Source: Chloroflexota bacterium (GTDB taxonomy: Bacteria > Chloroflexota > Dehalococcoidia > Lucifugimonadales > JADFKI01). Taken from it: a stretch of DNA of 64,000 nt. The stretch spans positions 32,001 through 96,000 of the forward strand of contig JAQBUT010000006.1 of assembly GCA_027623195.1 (NCBI GenBank), in the 5' to 3' direction. This document shows positions 58,135 through 64,000 of the stretch, one piece after another (positions within the stretch are counted from its first letter, which is position 1; every line of letters starts with the position of its first letter). A program made the position numbers and the translations under genes. Under the pieces are notes generated by a model that searched no databases, was not told the DNA's origin, and saw only the letters and a list, made by a program, of their open reading frames with translations.

Positions 58135-61100
58135 TTAAAGTTCGCCTAGGCGAAGGATGCGCTGCAGGGAAATGCGGCGAATGAACCAGATCATTCCCAG
58201 AATAATTAGGGCAAAGACCACAATCATAAAGCCGTAGGTAATGGCCAGGGTTCCCCAGTTAATCTCCAGCACAAATGGAGGCAGCACCTGGGTACCCTGG
58301 TCGTTATGACTCAGGAAGGGCATGATAATGGAGCCAAGCCTCCGGCCCATCTCCGCGCCCATGGCCATGCCTGCTGCGATCACCAGGGCCTGCTCCACCA
58401 ATACCAGCGTCACCATCTGCCTCATGGAAAAGCCTATCGTTCTCATGAGGCCGAACTGCATCTCCCTCTCCCGGAAGGAGACGTAGGCGTGTACCAGGAA
58501 TCCAAGACAGCTCAGGATTAGCACCGCTCCAAACGCCATGAACAGGAGCGCACGCCAACCCGCCTGCACCAGCGGGTCTACCTTAGATTCATCCAACGCC
58601 TGAACCCGGTCATGCACTTTGCGCACGATGAAAGGCTCGTCGGTGTCCTGTAATAAACGGACCAGTTCCTGCCTTTCGGGACCACCGGTCGTCGACATCC
58701 ACAACTCGTTGGGCTTAACCTCCGCCGAAGTCGTCTCAAGGTTGGTGTATCGGATGATCGACTGCAAATCTGATATCAGGTAACTCTTGTTGATGGTATC
58801 CAGCGTCGGGAAGTAATTAATCTCATTTACGATACTTATAGGCACTCTGTGGCCCGACACCGATACCTGGAACTCCTGGCCAACCTTGTGACCCGTCTCT
58901 TTCAGGAACGACCTGCTGGCCAACACTGGCAAAGGATTGACTTCGGGCCCGTGGTATATACCTCGTCCCGTGAGGGGCGTTCCTTCCGACCAGACGAATA
59001 ATGCCGAGCCTGCATCCCCGTTGTAGCTCACCACCGATTCTTGCAGCACGTCCGTTTTCGACTGGGTTGCGCCCCTTAGTACCGCCCACGATGTGAACTC
59101 GTCAAAGTTCTCTATCGTCGTGACCGCTCCTGAGGCATCTCTGGACCATATCTCATCGATGGTCACCGACCCCGCGCGCAACCTGCCTCTGCTATCCGTA
59201 TCGTGTATGGTCATGGAAACCAGCGTAAGGGGACGTTCGGGTTGCAAGGGGTGCTGTTGTCTACCGAATCGTGAGGCCCTTTCCAACGGCAGTTCCATGT
59301 CTTGCCACTGAGTGGTGTTCAGTGTGCCCAACACGTAAGAAAAATGGCGGTCGTTAGCGTCCCTAATGCGCAGCGTTAAGGCTACGGTGGAATGCGGCCT
59401 GTCAGAAATCACCCTGGCCCCCATGTAAAGCGCGTCATCAGGAATCGCCAGGCCCTGGGGGGGTCGAGGGTGTTCCAATGCCGCCAGCATTTCGGACATG
59501 GAATCGTCGGAAAAATCGGACCGAAACCAGCCAATATCACTGATCACTGGCCCATCCAGCGCGATCATCGTATAGGACTCGCCGATTAGCCTGGAAAGAT
59601 CGGTGCCAAAGGCACGCAGAACCGGACTCAGCTCGTCTACTGCGGGCATACTCTTGTAGCTCTCCACCAGGGGGACGCTATCTCCAAGATTGTTAAGAAT
59701 CAGTCCTTCAAGCCTGATGTCCGACCCGGTTGAATACTGGGCCTGCTCCTGAAAACTGCGTTCAAGTGTGCCGCTGAAACTTGCGGCGAAAATACCTAGC
59801 CCTGCCATCAGAATCAAAAGAAGCGACAGGCGCGCGTAGTGAGTAGGGTTGCGGGCCATCTGCCACATGCCCATGGAGTAGCCCACCGGAGCTCTGCGAG
59901 CAAAAGCGCTCACCAGCAAGAAAAGGGCGCCCAATGGAAATGGCACAAACACCCCACCACCATCCGTGGTCAGCGAAACCAGCATCACGCCTGCCGCGAT
60001 GGCTGGAGTTACGTTAATCTGTCCGATAGAAAACGCCAGGAAATCCATGCTCGGCAGGTCCCAACCAACCAGCGTAAGCACAGCGACAAGCAATGTCTGT
60101 ATAGCCAGACCCGCAATGAGATAAGACTTTACCTTTGACCTCTCCGTGGCCCAGTAAAGTCCTCCCAAAACCGCAATCGCCAGTGTCCCGAATACCCACC
60201 CGAACCCCTCTCCGTATAGTGCGCCGTTGAATGTCACAGATGCCAACTGAAGGGCCACCACGAAGCCAACCACCAGGTGCATCAGCGACGGCGAGTCGCC
60301 GCTTATGAATCGAATGGCCAGAGGAAATAGCCTGAGTAATACCAGTGCGAAGGCCACAAGTATCACAGCAGGCACAGCCAGCAGAACCTGATTTATAGCC
60401 ATCTCACCGAAAAGTCCAGTGGCTACAATGGAGCCCTGTTGCGTCAGTTGTCTGAAAAGAAAGATGCTGATCACAAGCAGCATGACATCCAGGTAGAACC
60501 GCTGGAAGAAAGGGGGAGCGTCGGGCCTTGCAGCGTCTTGCCTCTGCCGCCTAACGCTTATTCGGGACGCATATACCGCCGGTACCATTAACGCTGCGAA
60601 ACTAAGAAGCCCTCCCAATGCGGCCATAAGGTATGCCCCGGTGGAGATGTTTACAGTGAGCCGTCCAACATCGCTCAGACCTGAGAAGGCCGGCGTGAAG
60701 CCCAGAAGACTAATTACGGTTGCCGCCAGTAAAGGCGCCACTATTATGGCTACCGCCGATATGGTTGCCCCTTCCAACACAAACACGGTGAGAATTTGCG
60801 CAGACGTAGCTCCACGACTGCGCATCAACCCAATCTCGCCCCGCTGTTGCTCCACCAGCAATGAAGACAGCGTCACGACGTAATATAGGATTACGACGGC
60901 GATGAGCACCATGATGATGAACATGGGTAACTTGCTGAAGAAGAGGCGTCGGTCGTAGTCTGCCAGCGCATCGTCCAACTCGGTTATCTGACGAAAGCTA
61001 AACAGGTTGCTGGATAACCTTCGCTTCATGGTGGTGATTTGCAACCGGGCAAACGTTGTATTGGACGCGTTCAGTTTTTCTGGGTCCACCTTCAGCAGCC

Positions 61101-61893
61101 AGATATATGACGTGTTCATATCTGGAAAGGCTTGCCCCAACACGTTAAAGAAGCCAGCGTCGGAAACGAAAAACGGCACGCTCCTGAAGGATCCTCCAGA
61201 GGTAGCGTTCTTTACCAGCCTGTCGTCCATGTGCCAAAATTCAGCCTCTGGGTCGTTGCGCTCAAAGAGGCCTGTGATCATCACAGATACGTAGGGCGTT
61301 CGATCTTGCCAGTGCGGCACTGCCGAAATAACATCGCCAACGCCTACTCCAAATATCGCAGCCTCATCCGCAGGAACGATAGCCTCCACCATCAGCGTTT
61401 CCCCTATGGCGTTAACAGCATGCGAGACCGGAAGCCGCCCGCCATCATCATTCAAAAGGGTGATGTTGTCCAAAAGACTTGGCATGAAAACGAAGTAGGT
61501 TCGGGCGTTATCTTCCCCGGCCTCTTCCTCGTTACCTGGCTCAGTGGCGAAGAACGTTGCCGTCCGAGCCGCGCGCTCCTGGCCCCGGAGTAACCAGGCG
61601 AGCCGACCTTCCACCTGCCTATCTACTACAGTGCTTACCTTCTGAAATTCCTCCACTGTCGTCGGCCCACGATCTGCCTTCACCAGTATGTCGATCTCCT
61701 CCGTGGTGAGACCGTTCAACGTGTTGTCGAGCGCCAGTTCTCGCAACGCTTCGAAGTAGACGACTGTTCCGGACATCACAGTTGAGGCCAGCAGCACGCC
61801 TACGATTACAGTAGACAGTAATCGCCAGTGGGCCAGGCTGCGTTTCGCAATCATCGGCCAAGCTCTGATTATTTTCGTGAGAATTTCAGGCAT
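58135..61893 (-). CDS. Giant FtsX/MacB-like ABC permease (1252 aa)
   Basis: Two FtsX-like TM blocks (EIGLMRSRGAT..QI; QFGLMRTIGFS..Q) and large extracytoplasmic domains. Confidence 0.88.
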   Translation of the reverse strand: MPEILTKIIRAWPMIAKRSLAHWRLLSTVIVGVLLASTVMSGTVVYFEALRELALDNTLNGLTTEEIDILVKADRGPTTVEEFQKVSTVVDRQVEGRLAWLLRGQERAARTATFFATEPGNEEEAGEDNARTYFVFMPSLLDNITLLNDDGGRLPVSHAVNAIGETLMVEAIVPADEAAIFGVGVGDVISAVPHWQDRTPYVSVMITGLFERNDPEAEFWHMDDRLVKNATSGGSFRSVPFFVSDAGFFNVLGQAFPDMNTSYIWLLKVDPEKLNASNTTFARLQITTMKRRLSSNLFSFRQITELDDALADYDRRLFFSKLPMFIIMVLIAVVILYYVVTLSSLLVEQQRGEIGLMRSRGATSAQILTVFVLEGATISAVAIIVAPLLAATVISLLGFTPAFSGLSDVGRLTVNISTGAYLMAALGGLLSFAALMVPAVYASRISVRRQRQDAARPDAPPFFQRFYLDVMLLVISIFLFRQLTQQGSIVATGLFGEMAINQVLLAVPAVILVAFALVLLRLFPLAIRFISGDSPSLMHLVVGFVVALQLASVTFNGALYGEGFGWVFGTLAIAVLGGLYWATERSKVKSYLIAGLAIQTLLVAVLTLVGWDLPSMDFLAFSIGQINVTPAIAAGVMLVSLTTDGGGVFVPFPLGALFLLVSAFARRAPVGYSMGMWQMARNPTHYARLSLLLILMAGLGIFAASFSGTLERSFQEQAQYSTGSDIRLEGLILNNLGDSVPLVESYKSMPAVDELSPVLRAFGTDLSRLIGESYTMIALDGPVISDIGWFRSDFSDDSMSEMLAALEHPRPPQGLAIPDDALYMGARVISDRPHSTVALTLRIRDANDRHFSYVLGTLNTTQWQDMELPLERASRFGRQQHPLQPERPLTLVSMTIHDTDSRGRLRAGSVTIDEIWSRDASGAVTTIENFDEFTSWAVLRGATQSKTDVLQESVVSYNGDAGSALFVWSEGTPLTGRGIYHGPEVNPLPVLASRSFLKETGHKVGQEFQVSVSGHRVPISIVNEINYFPTLDTINKSYLISDLQSIIRYTNLETTSAEVKPNELWMSTTGGPERQELVRLLQDTDEPFIVRKVHDRVQALDESKVDPLVQAGWRALLFMAFGAVLILSCLGFLVHAYVSFREREMQFGLMRTIGFSMRQMVTLVLVEQALVIAAGMAMGAEMGRRLGSIIMPFLSHNDQGTQVLPPFVLEINWGTLAITYGFMIVVFALIILGMIWFIRRISLQRILRLGEL

Positions 61894-61963
61894 ATCAGTT
61901 AATTAAATCCCGGCTAGGCAAAAGTGCCAATCCGTAGAGGCATTCGCATCTACGCGGCTAGAA

Positions 61964-64000
61964 TCAGTTACCCTCCATTCTGGATAAAGCCTGAAGGTCG
62001 ATGTGCCGCATGCTCCTGTTGAGACGATAAATTGACACCAAAAAAATACCAATCAAAGCGGAATAGATCGGCAGGAGAAAACGCAAGTCAGTCTGCAAGA
62101 TAAATGGCGGCACCACAGGCTGGCCTTCCTCCGTAACGGCCACAGAGGAGACCAACAGATCGCTCATAACCCAGCCGGTGACTGTGCCAAGGGTCACCCC
62201 AACCAGTACGATAACCAGGTGCTCCATGGTCAGCAGTCTGGTCATCTGACTGCGAGAGAGCCCTAGAGACTGCAGGAAGCCCATCTCACTTCTGCTTCCC
62301 TCGGCGAATGCCAGGAGGTAGGTAAAGTAGCCCAGACCTGCCGTGAAAATAATTACCGCTGCCGCTAGCAAGACCATGGCCTGCCAACCTGCCGTGATGA
62401 GCGGGTCCAGCCTTAGTTGCTCCAGTTGATCTTCCCGATCTCTTACACCCTGCCTACCGGCCAGTTGGACGACGACGCTACGAACGGCATTTTCAGCTCC
62501 AGGAGCCTGGCTGATATACATCTCGTTAGGCGTGGCCTTCGCGTCAATGCTGAGAATGTTGATGTGCCTTAGCAGGGTGTCCATGTCGGCAACAATGAAT
62601 CCGGCGCCTCGTGGATTCAAGGTCGGGAAGTAATCTACGACGTCCCGAATTACCACGGGGACGAACCGATTCCTTATCTCCACCAAAAGGGCATCTCCAA
62701 GCCCGGCACCTGACGATTCCATGAAAGATGAACTCGCCACTATCGGGACTGGGCCTCCACCTGGACTGCGATACATTCCACGTATGCCGTTGTCCGTATC
62801 CTTACCAAACAGGAATGTGCCGGACCTTTCACCAAAAAGGGCGTCTTCTTCCGAAATCAGGATGGCGTCGGCAGAGATTGCCGACGTAGCCAGGGGCAGC
62901 CAGGTAGTGCGGCTATCCTCAAAGTTCTCGACTACGACGACATCGCCCTGCGAGGTTACGATATATATATCATCGAACTGAATGGACCCCGGAGTTCCCG
63001 CAGGCCCAAACACCGGCTCGAATATCTGAACAGAAGCCAGCGTGAGTGGCGGCACCAATCGGCGTGGTATTCCAGCGCTTGCCCGGTGCCATTCAGGCTT
63101 GCCCACGGCATCCAGAGATATAGTTTCCGTGGAGCCAAAGACATCTTGCAGAACCACCCACACAAAAACATTGCTGTAGTTGAATTCCGGCTTCAGGAAT
63201 AGACCTATCTCAGCGGCACCTGCCGGTATCTCCAGCGAAGTATTCACCGTAACGGGTAACAGCGATCTCATGATTTCCGGCAACGAGTGCTCTGAAAAGT
63301 CATCCCTGTACCAGCCAAAGTACTGAAATTCCTGGGCGTTGACTCCCAGCACCTCGAAAGTAAGGCCCGTGTAATTGGCTCCCAAGGTGCCGGTTTCCCG
63401 GACTCCCATGGACACGTCCTTGACACCAGGCATCGCCGCGTAGCCTTCTTTCAGTGCATCGGTCCCACCGGATATTCGGCCTGGAATACCTGTAACCCTG
63501 AAATCGGCCGCCGTGTCGTACAGCACCCTTTCCTGATAGCTCCTGTTCAGAGTGCCGCCAACGGTTGTTGCCAGCACTCCCAGGCCAGTAATCATCACTA
63601 GGAGCAATACCAACCAGCTGTACTGAAGTGGGTTGCGGGCCATGTGCCACAACCCCATTGAAACCCAGACCGGGAAATTTCCGGAGAGTTTTCTGAGTAG
63701 CATGAAAAGGGCCTGCGCGGGCACGACTGCCATTAGGCCAATGGAAGGGGCAAGTCCTGAGGAACCCAATTGCGGCGGCTCAAGCCACATAGCCAATGAG
63801 ACCAACAGGCCCTGCCCTATAAACCCGTACACCTTGGATGTAGTTCGTGACGCCTTCAGGGTTAACCAGTAAGCACCGCCAACCGTGAACACCAGGAATA
63901 CCATTGATATGCCGCCAATTACATCTCCTTTGCGGAAGCCCATCACCAGGGACACGGCGACCATCGAAAGACACGCCGCCCACGTCAGAATATGCACGAG
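61964..64000 (-). CDS. Giant FtsX/MacB-like ABC permease, 3' part (paralog of 58135-61893)
   Basis: MG.WHMARNP, DYFPTL, PNE, DPL..AGW, EMGFLQSLGLS..Q, VVPPF; runs off window edge. Confidence 0.88.
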   Translation of the reverse strand, partial: LVHILTWAACLSMVAVSLVMGFRKGDVIGGISMVFLVFTVGGAYWLTLKASRTTSKVYGFIGQGLLVSLAMWLEPPQLGSSGLAPSIGLMAVVPAQALFMLLRKLSGNFPVWVSMGLWHMARNPLQYSWLVLLLVMITGLGVLATTVGGTLNRSYQERVLYDTAADFRVTGIPGRISGGTDALKEGYAAMPGVKDVSMGVRETGTLGANYTGLTFEVLGVNAQEFQYFGWYRDDFSEHSLPEIMRSLLPVTVNTSLEIPAGAAEIGLFLKPEFNYSNVFVWVVLQDVFGSTETISLDAVGKPEWHRASAGIPRRLVPPLTLASVQIFEPVFGPAGTPGSIQFDDIYIVTSQGDVVVVENFEDSRTTWLPLATSAISADAILISEEDALFGERSGTFLFGKDTDNGIRGMYRSPGGGPVPIVASSSFMESSGAGLGDALLVEIRNRFVPVVIRDVVDYFPTLNPRGAGFIVADMDTLLRHINILSIDAKATPNEMYISQAPGAENAVRSVVVQLAGRQGVRDREDQLEQLRLDPLITAGWQAMVLLAAAVIIFTAGLGYFTYLLAFAEGSRSEMGFLQSLGLSRSQMTRLLTMEHLVIVLVGVTLGTVTGWVMSDLLVSSVAVTEEGQPVVPPFILQTDLRFLLPIYSALIGIFLVSIYRLNRSMRHIDLQALSRMEGN

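Overview
Bacterial chromosomal window with dense coding. Gene content (F420 genes cofC/cofD, LLM and PPOX F420-type enzymes, paralogous SDRs, CoA-transferases, MalT/SARP-type regulator, sortase-like anchor signal) suggests Chloroflexota, probably Dehalococcoidia/SAR202-like; this is an inference. Core genes include ligA, recF, msrA, lysA, add and a partial cysteine synthase. No rRNA, tRNA, CRISPR array or transposase was recognised. Best candidate novel system: a 1083-aa STAND-ATPase/TPR/SARP-type regulator (7678-10929) followed by an unannotated 34-aa ORF (11106-11210) with a very strong RBS. That ORF is essentially a signal peptide plus a C-terminal GNWD, resembling a receptor/propeptide signalling cassette. 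Other highlights: an AhpD-like selenoprotein candidate split at an in-frame UGA with a SECIS-like hairpin (55727-56347); probable ATT and CTG start codons; a SigK/RskA-like locus whose downstream surface protein repeats the anti-sigma sensor domain; an LprG/P55-like lipoprotein-MFS pair; a frameshifted Zn-finger gene; and several small palindromic repeat families. All functional calls come from motif recognition by eye; no searches were run.
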